A DNA stretch of 64,000 bases from Eledone cirrhosa (Eukaryota): NCBI GenBank assembly GCA_964016885.1, contig OZ024747.1, forward strand, positions 21,886,001 through 21,950,000. The letters run 5' to 3'. Every line of letters starts with the position of its first letter. Position 1 is the stretch's first letter. A program made the position numbers and the translations under genes. Below, in pieces: positions 14,041 through 25,905 of this stretch. The notes beneath the pieces were generated by a model. The model was given only the letters and a program-made list of their open reading frames with translations. It ran no database searches and had not been told where the DNA came from.

Positions 14041-14082
<42 letters not shown>

Positions 14083-14296
14083 CAGGGTGGGCATATTCAT
14101 GACTAGCTTGTTAGTTATATTTCTTAACATTCTTATTCTATTGTTATTGTATTGTTTTAATTCCTTATTTTATTTCTTAATATGCTTACCAGGTTTCTTA
14201 ATTTATATATTTTATTTCTTAATATGCCTCACAGGTTTATAGATCTATAGTAGATCTATAAATAATCAAGTGAGTCAGGAATTCTGGCCCAGCCTG
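14083..14296. mobile_element. Tc1/mariner-type MITE
   Basis: TA-flanked imperfect TIRs CAGGGTGGGCATATTCATGACT / AGTCAGGAATTCTGGCCCAGCCTG. Confidence 0.65.
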
Positions 14297-14685
14297 TAGT
14301 ATATACAGTAAAGAGAGTATATGTAGTAAAGAGAGAAATACGCATATATAAATATAGGTGTTCAAATCATGAGGGATATAAAACCACTGTAGTTAATATA
14401 TTTGTCACTCTGGTGGTTTTATATCCCTTATGTGTTGTTCTCTCTTTACTATTTTATAAAGAGCTTGGAATTTCTTCCTTGATCTTATTCGATTATAAGG
14501 GAATATTGTGAGTTTTTAACTCAACATTTCAATTTGATATATATATATATATATACACACCCTTATATCAACATACTTTTGCTCATAGCTTCGTACTTAC
14601 AAGCACATACACACACTATTTTACTTATATATACACACATATTTCTACTTAGCTTCATACGGACGTACAATAACACACACACACA

Positions 14686-14718
<33 letters not shown>

Positions 14719-15029
14719 CCCCCCCCCCCCCCACACACACACACATATATATGCACGCGCACAAGTATAGCTCTTTTTCCAAAACGGTTTTTTTTCCATT
14801 TCAGATAGACGTGCTCCATCATCCACTTTTCTAAAAAAATAAATCATACACAAAACGCCAGCATCAACAGTTTTACAAGAGATATCAACATGAATGGACC
14901 TGTTATTTTTATCTAAAGATATTTTTTCCAATTCCAACCCACCTGTCCCTTCAATCTATCTTATTTCTCATTCTTTCTTCTGATCCCCCTCCCCCATAAT
15001 TATATTTTTCTCCCAATACACCTTCCCTA

Positions 15030-15238
15030 TCTCAGCCCCCAGTCCACACTGTAAAGGGGTCATGTAGGTGTTATGATAAAGAGCACCTAGTACACACAGT
15101 AAATGAGGTTGGTCCAGAAAGAAAGCCAAAATCAGTTTTGTATGAGCAAAATATGATCATCTGGTCTGGCTTGTCTCACAATAGAACAACTCGTCTAATC
15201 GATGCTAGTATGGAAAATGGACATTAAACAGTGATGAT
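15030..15238 (+). mobile_element. RTE 3' UTR fragment
   Basis: CAGTCCACACTGTAAA...ATGCTAGTATGGAAAATGGACATTAAACAGTGATGA matches the RTE 3' end at 7770-7997. Confidence 0.7.
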
Positions 15239-17378
15239 ATATATATATATATATAAGTAAGATGTATGGTAGGTCGTATGTGAATCGCGATGATCACGTC
15301 TGACCTACCAAATATGTGACGGTAGCTAGTTAAGCTCTATGCGTATTTTAAGCTCTATGCGTATTTTACCACAATCGACTTAATGGGCTTGGAGAGTTGA
15401 CTCCCTTGAAGTCTGACCACTCGATAAGTTAGGGGTTGTGCCCCTTGAACAGGGGTGTGTCTAGCTGGTCTACCTGCTGTCTGCTACTACCCGAGACTGG
15501 ACACGGTCGTAGCCACAGGCCAGCGCGTGCGCGATAGCATAGAATGTATATTTTCTGCTAGTCACCCCGTGTAATATGATACCCTAAGATTCCATGCATG
15601 AGATTCACCGAGGCATGCGCAGTCTTAACCGGGAGATGACATGCGAACTTGAAAGTACCACAAGTGAGACCCTCTGGATAACGTAGACGCCGGACCATAC
15701 CCGCAAATATATACCCTGATCTGTCTTGAATATACAGGGCTGACGGAATATGGATAACACGACCACCATCTAAGCTGGAACCGACCCATACAGCAAACAA
15801 AGAGAGGACAGCCCTTCGCTTTTGACCAGTCGCGTGTGGGCTTGGAGTTCGTAATATACCACCCCAGTCAAATCCACACTGGTTTTTCTACCAATATTGC
15901 ATGTAGACCAATACATCCTATGTAGCGAGACCTTGGACTTAGAACCGGCCGAAAGCGTGCAACCCCTGAAACTAAAAGATCGAAAGGACCACACCCAGCA
16001 ACCACTAGCTATTGGAACCACAGGTACATCCCCCAGAGAGTCCACGCAGCTGATCCGTGAATCCCAGTTGATCCGTGAACTATGAACTTTTAAACAACAC
16101 CAGCTGTGCCTGGAGCTATGCAGATGACTACATACGCATAATGGATATCGCGCCCACACGGTCACCAGTACTGTTCATCCTGTTGTATGTATGTAAATAT
16201 CCGTGCGCGGGATATCCCTGACTACATTTTCTTGACCATCAATTGTTAATCGATTGTTTGTTAATTAGGCAGGAATATACCATTGTGTCTGTGCTAATCC
16301 TATGTGTTGCTGTATGTGTGTAAAGTATCCGAGCGCGGGATATCCCTGAGCTAATTTTGCCTGACTGTTAATAGTGTTTTGATTACTTGTTAATTAGGCA
16401 GGAATATATATTATTATGTCTTTGTTAATCCTGTATCAATAATTTTATAATAATTTTTTGTGATAATACATTGTTAGATTACTGAAGCTACCTTATACCT
16501 TCTTAAAAATACATTTTATAATTATTGTCTTTTTGCTTATGTATTTTCTTATTTACCACTCTCTTTAATCTTGCCCAACTTGATAAACTCTTTGAATTGC
16601 TCCCTAATTAAATTAATTAAATTACTTAAATTACTTAAATTATTGTATCTATTATGCCTAAGTTGTATCTGCTGAAGCAGCCCTTTGAAAATTCCTCGGA
16701 TATCCCAAATACCGTAATTTTTAACTTTTAATGTATAGTTTTCCTCACTTCGTTTTTATATATATCCTTAAAGGCTCTCTAAAAATTTAATTCTTCGAAG
16801 GGTCTCTCGGAGGAGGTTCCTATTAAAAATATTAAAGGGGCCTTCTCTGAGAGAACTATAGAAGGCTCTTTGAATTAACCTTTAATTGATTAGTTTCTTT
16901 CAATTTAGTAGGGAATATCAAAACTTCGTAAGTTTTCTGAAATTTGTAAACGTGATCTCGGGGGAAGAAGGTTTTTTTTCTTTCGGAAAAAAACCTTTTT
17001 CTCTCGAAGGAATTTCATAGGAAACTTTATATATTTTTTTAGGGAAACTTTATATTTTTATTTTTTATTTTATTAGCCTCTTAATTTCTTCTAGTTTAGT
17101 AGGTTTATTGGAGCCTGTAAGCTTTATGCACTTATTGAGGGATTTTTTAAGGTGCTTCTAAGGGACCCCAAGTCTTTTAGTTTACTGTTAATGCGTAAAT
17201 TATATATTATCTAATTTTTAACCTTCAATCCCTGACCCCGACAACTAATATAAAAGAGCCCCCTTAGAATATAGACCCCAACTATACAAGCCGAGCTGCG
17301 GATGTATACCACAATTTCAAACTGCTAGCCTTGAGTGATACGTTGATGTAGATAATGATCTTACAGTCACATGTTGTA

Positions 17379-17425
17379 TGCCTTGAAAAGTCCCACCATG
17401 TGGTCGGACGAAACGGCTGTCGGCA
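17379..17425 (+). ncRNA. Type I hammerhead ribozyme, U3:A8 core variant
   Basis: TGCC-TTGAAAA-GTCC...GGAC-GAAAC-GGCT-GTC-GGCA, overlapping an AATAAA. Confidence 0.7.
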
Positions 17426-17488
17426 ATAAACTTGTTATAATGTCATAATTGTTCCTTTGTTATTTTTCACAAATATATATATATATAT

Positions 17489-18176
17489 ATGAAAGACGTA
17501 AAATAAGAAAATTATAAAAATTAATTTACTTACTAAAATTTCACTCCAACTAATTAGTTTCTGAAAGGGAATAAATATGGTTTCCGAAGAAACGCACAGA
17601 GAAATCCTTTCGTCACCAGGGAAGTCTATTCTCAACTAAGTTCCCAGGCAATGCGTGGACACAGGAACTTATACAAAAATAATTCAGTGGATGGAAAAAA
17701 GCAAAGCGTGGACTAAGTTCCAAGACATTGAAAAAATCACTGCCTACTCAGTCGGTGGCAAATTCAAAAGAATCAATCACGTGACATCGAGGTTAATCAG
17801 TGAGGAGTGGTGTTAATAAGACAGCAGCCGAACCATTACTATGATCTGTAGTAGCAGTTTTGGCAAATTTCCTGTGTCCACGCATTGTCCTATGTCCATG
17901 CATTGCCTGGGAACTTAGCTGACAATAGACTTCCCTGATGACGAAAGGATTTCTCTGTGCGTTTCTTCGGAAACCATATTTATTCCCTTTCAGAAACTAA
18001 TTAGTTGGAGTGAAATTTTAGTAAGTAAGTTAATTTTTATAATTTTCTTATTTTACGTCTTTCATATTATTGTTCTGCATCCCCTTGCATTGAACCACAA
18101 AGTTACTAAGACAAAACCTATATATTTGCTGGCATAGGTATGCATCTGTATATATATGTTAGTAGATATACTAATT

Positions 18177-18181
<5 letters not shown>
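17489..18181 (+). mobile_element. Fold-back non-coding hammerhead element, family A
   Basis: 17489-17665 is the reverse complement of about 17870-18066; spacer and 3' tail present; (TA)n on both sides; related copies at 31322-31456 and 48497-49267. Confidence 0.8.
17929..18011 (+). ncRNA. Type I hammerhead with long stem II insertion
   Basis: ACTTCC-CTGATGA-CGAAAGG...CCTTTCA-GAAAC-TAATTA-GTT-GGAGT. Confidence 0.7.
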
Positions 18182-18232
<51 letters not shown>

Positions 18233-18374
18233 CTATATATATATATTATTCTATCAAGGCTAAATGGTGAGTATTGAAACTCCAGAATAACAAGACTCAC
18301 TATTTAACCTTAAAAAATGAATATTAACATTCTACTTTGGTATTGAGTACTCTTTTCTCTCAGCCATCAACCAG

Positions 18375-18620
18375 ATACAGATATATATATATATATACAG
18401 ATATACATATACAGATATATATATATACAGATATATATATATATACAGATATATATATATATATACAGATATATATATATACAGATATATATATATACAG
18501 ATATATATATATACAGATATATATATATATACAGATATATATATATACAGATATATATATATATACAGATATATATATATATACAGATATATATATATAT
18601 ACAGATATATATATATATAT
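18375..18620. repeat. (ACAG(AT)n) compound microsatellite
   Basis: Repeated ACAGATATATATAT units. Confidence 0.9.
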
Positions 18621-18944
18621 CATTACAAGGGCATCACTTTGTTTAAAGTGAAATGTATACTGATGATCAAACATTACTAGATTCAAAAGTCAGTTTACAA
18701 TTATGACTTCCTTTAATATTTATAATGAAGTTTCCCTCTAATAATTATTTAGGCAAGCCAACTCACCCACAGGATTGTCATGGATGATAGTGAGTTTAAT
18801 GTGTTGGAATAGCCAAACATTGATTACTTTTATTTATATAATCACTTATAATTCAAACAATATATGAAATAGAAAGATAATTTTTTTACTTCTTTAAATG
18901 ACGTAAGCTTAAACATAAAAATAATGTACCAGTCAAATAAGATA

Positions 18945-19283
18945 AAAGGTGAAGACCCCCTTTGGTCATGAGTGACCATGAGATTTGTACTTAGAAAGTC
19001 TCCCTCCGGGACACAAACGCGGGCAAACTTGTTTGTGGAAAACCAGCAATCGCACATGCATAACAGCCTCCCCTCTCCACGCCACCGATGTTGTCCAAGG
19101 GAAAAGCAATGACCAATACAGCTTGAAACTAGTGACGTCGCAACTCATTTCTACAGCTGAGTAAACAGGAGCAATGTGAAATAAAGTGTCTTGCTCAAGG
19201 ATGCAACGCATCACCTGGTCCGAGAATTGAACTCAACCTTCCGATTACAAGCCGAGTGCTCTAACCACTAAGCCATGCACCTT
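18945..19283 (-). mobile_element. tRNA-derived CORE-type SINE
   Basis: Minus strand reads GGTGCATGGCTTAGTGGTTAGAGC...GAGTTCAATT...CCTTGAGCAAGACACTTTATTTCAC. Confidence 0.8.
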
Positions 19284-19285
19284 TG

Positions 19286-19545
19286 CAACACAGAGGTACG
19301 CCCCTTTACGGCCTGAGTTCAAATCCTGCCGAGGTTAACTTTGCCTTTCATCCTTATGGAGTCGATAAAATAAAGTACCAGTAATGTATTGGGATAATTG
19401 CTGGCCTTGTGCCAAAATAGGAAATCATTATTAAGTGGTATCCATTTCAACTTTTTTCTTCTGAGTTCAGATCCTGTTAAGACCAACTTTGTATTTCATC
19501 CTATCGAGGTCGATAACAAAGTACCATTCCAATACTTGGGCCGAT
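19286..19545 (+). mobile_element. Two partial Meta-domain tRNA SINEs
   Basis: GAGTTCAAATCC...GCCTTTCATCC...GTCGATAAAATAAAGTACC. Confidence 0.7.
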
Positions 19546-19603
19546 TCTTCCTCTATATCTCTTTCTCACTTTTCCCCTATCACTCTTTTTCTTTCCTTGG
19601 AAG

Positions 19604-19849
19604 AAATTGGCTGTGTTTCGACCTGGAGAAGGATGATCCCTGCTAGGTTTAAAGTGTAAAGTGTTGAAGATGGCATCCTGATGACCCCAGTTTTATTTTC
19701 TATAACCGGAATTTAATTCCATTCCCATCTAGAATGTATTGTATGTATGGACCCATAACTCTTTGTTGAGTCATAGGGGTGCCGTGCCATCTTGAGCACT
19801 TTAAATCTGATGGAGCCCATCCCTACCCAGGTCGAAACACAGCCAATTT
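19604..19849. mobile_element. MITE-like fold-back element
   Basis: 23-bp inverted repeat AAATTGGCTGTGTTTCGACCTGG / CCAGGTCGAAACACAGCCAATTT plus internal imperfect symmetry; end fragments at about 25400 and 61495-61565. Confidence 0.65.
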
Positions 19850-20139
19850 TAGTGATGGGGGATGCGTCTTTTGTATTATGGCATATCGCCAGTCAGTTCA
19901 TTTCTAGGTTATCTCTTCCACGAGGTCCAGTTTCTGGTTTAGATTAAAAAAAAAAACGTTAATAAACAAAATGAAAAAAACACAAAACAAAAAGCAACAC
20001 CTTTTGAAATCCAATCAAACACCAAGAGCTAGATTGTACCACCGACTGGTTTGTGAAAATAGCTTCAACATGTGAAGTATTTTAAACCATGTCATAAGAT
20101 TTAATACTGGTAAAAACATGACTGTCAATCCAATAATTA

Positions 20140-20325
20140 TTGGATTGACAGTATCGGTAGAGGGTCGGACGCCATGCTTTGCAGCATAGAGTTACACCCC
20201 TTTGCGGTCTGAGTTCAAATGCCGCCGATGTTAACTTTGCCTTTTGCCCTTACGAGGTCAATAAAATAAAGTACCAGTAAAACACTGGGATAATTGCTGG
20301 CCTTGTGCCAAAAATAGAAACAATT
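20140..20325 (+). mobile_element. Meta-domain tRNA SINE
   Basis: Same family as the TSD-bounded copies at 29956, 49341 and 60924. Confidence 0.8.
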
Positions 20326-20622
20326 ATTACATCTACGAGAAATGAGCCTACAAACAAACACTCCACTTGTGATCACTCTAAAATCAGTCTGAAAAGAGAA
20401 ACCGAGGATGCCCCTCAATGGTAGATTGAAAGACCAGATCCTAATTTGGTCTCAATGTCAATCATGGACAGAACTCAATGCAAACAATCAACAGGGATAA
20501 ACGGAAAAAATATGTTCACGATGCTTCATAATTCGTTAAACAAGGGAAGTTACTCTCACAAATAAATTCTCAAGGGGAATAACTCTTATATTTTCTTGGT
20601 GTCTATTAATTTGCGTTATTGG

Positions 20623-20692
20623 GCATCGGTAGTTCAGTGGTAGAATATTCGTTTGCCACGCGGGCGACCAGGGTTCGATTCCCGCTGATGCA
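20623..20692 (+). tRNA. tRNA-Gly(GCC), degenerate, probably a pseudogene
   Basis: GCATCGGTAGTTCAGTGGTAGAAT...TGCCA...GGGTTCGATTCCCG.TGATGCA followed by T6; several substitutions and a 1-nt deletion relative to the canonical metazoan tRNA-Gly. Confidence 0.8.
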
Positions 20693-20710
20693 ACTAACTT
20701 TTTTCATGAA

Positions 20711-21005
20711 GGTGCATAGCTTAGTGGTTAGAGTGTTCGGGTCATGATCGTGTGGTCGTGAGTTTGAACCCGGGCTGAGTAGTGTGTTGTATCCTTGAAC
20801 ATCATACTATTTTTCACGCTGCTCCAGTTCACTCAGTTGGTAAAAATGAGTCGTATCTGCACATACAAGGGCCAGCCTTGTCATACATTGTATCACGCTG
20901 AATCTCCCTGAGAACTGTGTTAAGTGCACACGTATCTATGGAATTCTCGGCTACTTAACCTTAATTTCTCGTGCAGGCAGTTTCGATGAGTGAATCAACT
21001 GGAAC
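20711..21005 (+). mobile_element. CORE-type tRNA SINE
   Basis: tRNA head, CORE-like block, body CAGCCTTGTCA...CTGAATCTCCCTGAGAACT. Confidence 0.8.
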
Positions 21006-21544
21006 ACGGAGGTTTAATAGATACACAACGGATTAATTTGCCTTAATACTAAATGGCTTCTCAGAATTCTGAGTTTGAACGCTGATAACTGTTTAATTGA
21101 ATAGAAACTCGGAAAAATGGTGAGGGTGTGTGATCAAAATATGGTCTGTTACTTTTGTGGATTCGATTGGTAATTTTCCCCTGACCGATTTGTAGAGGTA
21201 CTACTACTACTACTACTACAGCCATCGTAGACACCGACGGAAGCCCATCGATCGTTTACAGTCCACTAACGTATTTTACGAATTATATTTAAATTAAAAC
21301 AATATGTTTCGACACGATTCCAAGAATTTTGCAAAACTATAAGAAAATTTAAACAAATTATTTTATAAGAATCTTAGAGTTATTTCCCCTAGGCTGCACT
21401 AGTGTATAAGTATTTGCGTGTGTGTTTGTAAACGTTGTTTCTTTACGCTATATTAAGTCAAGTATGAAATGTGTAGAAAATTGTAGATAAAAAAGAAATG
21501 TTTACAAATTTCATACTTGACGGCTCAATACGTTGTATGTATGT

Positions 21545-22110
21545 AGGCATTGCTTTATATCTGGAGATCTCTCTGCACTTGTCGTCACATGGTACCATGG
21601 GCCCAGCACTATGTGTCAATAATTGTCACAAGTGTAGTGTTTGTACCAGAGTTTTCAAGTCGCTGGCTGGACTAAAAAGTCACACTCGTTCAGCGCATCG
21701 GTAGGGGTTCTCCTACATGGATATAAAGTAGTGGCCGTACTCGAAAACGAGTTAGCAGCCATCATGTATGTATGTATGTATGTATGTTAATCACCTGAAG
21801 CCACATGAAAGGATAACCACATGCAACACCACACAACAAAGACCTGGTGAAACAACGTGCATGATATGCAACAAAGTGTATAGATCTAGTTCCGGATTAA
21901 AAAAAAAAGCACATGGTGGTGCATAAAGATTGTGTCCCACGGGGTGACCGCAGCAGTCCTGTGGAAAGCATAACTCTCTTCTGTCACCAGTGTCGTAAAC
22001 CATGCAGATCTACAGCTGATCTACAAAGACATAGACGCGGATGGGATGACAATGAAGAATCAACAAGAGACGGCAATCATCTGCGTAGACGCTGCATTCC
22101 TCATGTATTT
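21545..22110 (+). mobile_element. Two adjacent LINE 3'-end fragments encoding C2H2 zinc fingers
   Basis: CSVCTRVFKSLAGLKSHTRSAH; CMICNKVYRSSSGLK (frameshifted) and CHQCRKPCRSTADLQRH; short 3' UTRs ending in (ATGT)n-like tails. Confidence 0.6.
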
Positions 22111-22366
22111 AACACCTGGATGAGTCTTAGGGACACTGCAATGACATACGACGTTTCATGGGTGGAGTCAGTCCCCATTCTTAGCTTAGGTCTAAACACA
22201 TCCGATTATCTAACGTATCTTTCCATTTCTTAAGACGATAAAGTGTCATTTGATAGAGATTTCACTTCTTTTTCTCTTTCATTGGCTCCACTAATACGTG
22301 TGTTGTAGATGTTTGCATGTATGTGTGTGTGAGAGTATGTTGTATGTGTGTGTGCGTGAGAGTATG

Positions 22367-22435
<69 letters not shown>

Positions 22436-22689
22436 AGTGTGTATGAATGTGTGTGTATGAGTGAGAGAGAATTATTTGCATATATTGCATGGTGTACATG
22501 TGTTTAAAGTGGTGAGTCTGGTGTGGGTTAGAATGGAAGACATTTAAAGGAGATTTATTAAGTGTGTGTAGTGTAGTGTTGGAAGAAGCAGAGAGGGTAG
22601 CAAAGGTATTATAATTTCTTAGCCACACACATATACTCACATCTACTCAGTGAGATTGTATATCAGAACCATCAAGATCACTATTGCCG

Positions 22690-22950
22690 TCACCACCACC
22701 ACCACCACCACCACCACCACAGCCACCACCGTTGCCGTCACCAGCACCACCACCACCACCACCACCACAACGACGACAACCACCACCACCACAACGACGA
22801 CAACCACCACCACCACCAGCACCAGCACTGCATCCATAACCACCACAACGACGACAACCACCATCACCACCACCACCTCCATAACCACCACCACTACCAC
22901 GACCACCACCACCATCACCGCCACCACCACCACCAACAACAACACCACCT
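22690..22950. repeat. (ACC)n/(ACA)n trinucleotide repeat
   Basis: Direct inspection. Confidence 0.95.
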
Positions 22951-23230
22951 CTACAAACGATAGAAACTTATTTAATAAATCTCTTATTGCCGAGTAACAG
23001 GCATCGAAGAGAGAACAGTTCAAAGGGAATCTTGTAAAATGACTGAACTTCTTCATATTAATTTCGACTCATCTCAGAAGAACTTTTGTAAAACAGGAAT
23101 ACCGTAGGCGTCGTTTAGATGGAAACCTATTGATGTGTAGAGAGCCTTATTGAGTTCTTTATGCATGTACACGTACACACACACACACACACACAGTCAC
23201 ACATAAATGTATGTACACGTACACATATCA

Positions 23231-23321
<91 letters not shown>

Positions 23322-23406
23322 TATATAGAGAGAGAGATAGAGAGATAGAGAGATAGATGTGTGTATGTATCTGACTGTGTTTTTCTCTCCCCCCATCTTT
23401 CTCTTT

Positions 23407-23459
<53 letters not shown>

Positions 23460-23461
<2 letters not shown>

Positions 23462-23987
23462 CGTTTCTGAATTTGTTTAGCAAGATTCTTTATCTGAAAA
23501 CGTGTGTTGAAACCGATATTGTTATGCTTTGGGAGGGTCATGTTGCCAATAAGAAACACACGCACCAGTTGCTTTCACTCCAATTTATTATAAATCAAAT
23601 TTATAAATTTAAGAATTTATAAATTTCCGGTTGGTTGGTTGGTTCCATAACCGGACGGTTGTTCATATATTGTCAAAGTTCTTTCGTCCCATTCTGTAAC
23701 CTCTTCAGTGACTGGGGATTCTTTTCTTTGTTTTGTGCCTCTCCTTCGTTCTGTCCTACGCCATCTTGTTTTTGTGTGTGTTGTCACTGAAGAGGTCACA
23801 GAATGTGTGACGAAAGAACTTTGACAATATATGAACAACCGTCCGGTTATGGAACCAACCAACCAACCAACCGGAAATTTATAAATTCTTAAATTTATAA
23901 ATTTAATTTATAAATTTAAGAATTTGGAGTGAAAGTAACTGGTGCGTGTGTTTCTTATTGGCAACATGACCCTCCCAAAGCATAACT
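23460..23987 (-). mobile_element. Fold-back non-coding hammerhead element, family B
   Basis: Arms about 23520-23712 and 23783-23987 are inverted; tail 23460-23519; (TA)n flanks; other copies at 31875-32033 and 53453-53805. Confidence 0.8.
23781..23827 (+). ncRNA. Minimal type I hammerhead (mirror copy on minus strand, 23670-23712)
   Basis: TTGTCA-CTGAAGA-G-GTCACA..TGTGAC-GAAAG-AA-CTT-TGACAA. Confidence 0.7.
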
Positions 23988-24000
23988 ATATATATATATA

Positions 24001-24817
24001 TGGTTGAAATGTGAGCAAGGAAGGAATTTCGCACAACTTTCTGTTGCTTCACCATTTTGTTTGTTTACCCTCGCGTCCCCTTTATTTACGTGTCCCAACG
24101 ACTTTTTTTAGCCGTTGCTCGCACCAACCGGAGGTATATGGTCTTTAAAGCGATGAAATGCCTATGATAGCTGGAAGATCACTGATGAAGGACACACTTT
24201 TTTCATATGTAACCCATTTGCAACTCCGCAGCGCCCTTATTATCATATTTACACATATTTTTTCCTCTGCTGCTACACCGTCTTTTTCGTTCTATGTATC
24301 TTTACCCTTTCTAGCAGTCTCTCTCTCTGTTAGCCTCTTCCTCACCCTTCATTCACTCATTCTCTGTCACTACCTCTCCTCCTCCTCTTTCTTCCCGTTT
24401 GACCTGTGAGTAATTCTTTTCTCTCACATTCTCGGCCAAGCTGGTCGGAATTTTTTCTCTCTCTCGTCTACGATTTCACAGAACTTATGTTTACCGAGTT
24501 CGCAGACCAGACCCCTTCTTCCTCCCGTTAGACCTGTGCGAAATTCCTACCTTGCTCACATTTCAACCAGTTTTGACGGTCTTTATTCTCTCGTTCAGGA
24601 TTTCACCGAACTTAAATTCATAGAAATCTGGGACTTGTCTCTTTCTTCCTCACTTTCTGTTGCTTCACCATTTTGTTTGTTTACCCTCGCGTCCCCTTTA
24701 TTTACGTGTCCCAACGACTTTTTTTTAGCCGTTGCTCGCACCAACCGGAGGTATATGGTCTTTAAAGCGATGAAATGCCTATGATGGTTGGAAGATCACT
24801 GATGAAGGACAAACTTT

Positions 24818-24823
<6 letters not shown>
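24001..24823 (+). mobile_element. Partial-tandem non-coding element, family C (period about 617 nt) with a short inverted 5' piece
   Basis: About 24039-24207 repeats at 24654-24824; 24001-24035 is the reverse complement of about 24535-24569; (TA)n flanks; relatives at 34008-34672 and 63610-63830. Confidence 0.7.
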
Positions 24824-24848
<25 letters not shown>

Positions 24849-25696
24849 AACAAAAATTGATATAGAAATGGCTTTTACAAGACTAGAATGTTACGTTCGA
24901 AGGAAATCATCAGGTAATTATAATACCTTCGCTATCCGCTTACAATCTATGCATGGACAGATGTTACGGGGAAAGCCAACCGGCAGAAGTAGACCACAAT
25001 ATTGGTTAGATAATGTCTAATATCCATGAGCTTGAGGCGGATTAACTGAAGCCAGTTGCGAGAGAACCCTCTGGAAGACTTGTCTCAGGACTCTTCACTC
25101 ACGACCCGCAAAAGAATAAGTGGCTGAAGAATAAAAAAAAAAGAGTCAAATGATGATCTATTACACCGGAAATAAAGATAAAATATCCCATAACTCCTTA
25201 TGGAGTCGTAGAGGCACCGTCAAATGGCGTGTCTTGGGCACTTTTAACCCTTTAGCATTTACATTACTCTATATTTACTATTGTATTTTCGCAGTTAAGG
25301 CTTTATCGCACATAATATCGAATCTATGAGATTTTGATAGTATTTACTTTGAGAACAATACCTTAACATCAGTATGAGTGGCAAGGCGGAACCAAACCCT
25401 CTCCAGGTCTGAACACAGCCAATTTTTTTTCTATAGAGGAAGAATCGACCCCAGTAATGGACTGGTACCTTCTTTTTATCGACCTTGAAAGGATGAAAGG
25501 CAAAGTTGACAACGGCGGGATGAGGTGGGACGAATACCGTAAAACATTCTCTCCGACGTCTTACCCACTCTGCCACCTTCAACACCGGATACTCCTTCAT
25601 TAAAACAATTCTGAACCATATTTATTTACTTTTCAGCCTTGACAAAGACGGTTATTATACTAGTTACTAAGTAAAGTTATTATATATTACAGTCAG

Positions 25697-25905
25697 GGCA
25701 GTATCGGTAGAAGGTCGGACTCCATGCTTCGCAGCATAGAATTACGGCCCTTTACGTTATGAGTTCAAATCCCGCCGAGATTAGCTTTGCTTTTCATCCT
25801 TACAGGGTCGATAAAATAAAGCACCAGTAATGCACTGGGTCGATTTAATCGACTTTTCCCCCTCTCCCCAAATTGCTGGCCTTGTGCCTAAATCAGAAAC
25901 CATCA
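25697..25905 (+). mobile_element. Meta-domain tRNA SINE (another, minus-strand copy at about 25440-25580)
   Basis: GAGTTCAAATCCCGCC...TTTCATCC..GGGTCGATAAAATAAAG. Confidence 0.8.

Larger units (their letters stand above)
8207..14045 (-). mobile_element. Penelope-like element (Neptune-type) with 3' pLTR and inverted upstream pLTR, inserted in (TA)n
   Basis: 13095-14044 is the reverse complement of about 8243-9151; 13025-13094 is a direct copy of 8207-8275; RT and GIY-YIG lie between; TA runs flank both ends. Confidence 0.93.

Noticed and set aside
14305-14535. Another fold-back element (GGGATATAAAACCAC / GTGGTTTTATATCCC)
   Set aside because: Inverted repeat is real but short and interrupted; no ribozyme or tail motif could be assigned
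16440-17240. Mitochondrial insertion (AT-rich)
   Set aside because: No recognisable mitochondrial tRNA, rRNA or protein motifs by eye
21498-22233. Host C2H2 zinc-finger gene
   Set aside because: Isolated, frameshifted fingers lacking TGEKP linkers and followed by LINE-like 3' tails; better explained as LINE ends
24180-24200. CTGATGA in family C (also at 24799 and 34589) as a hammerhead core
   Set aside because: No downstream GAAA or stem III at a compatible position
24855-24925. Minus-strand hammerhead related to family G
   Set aside because: GTAAC replaces GAAAC and stem I does not pair; at most a decayed relic
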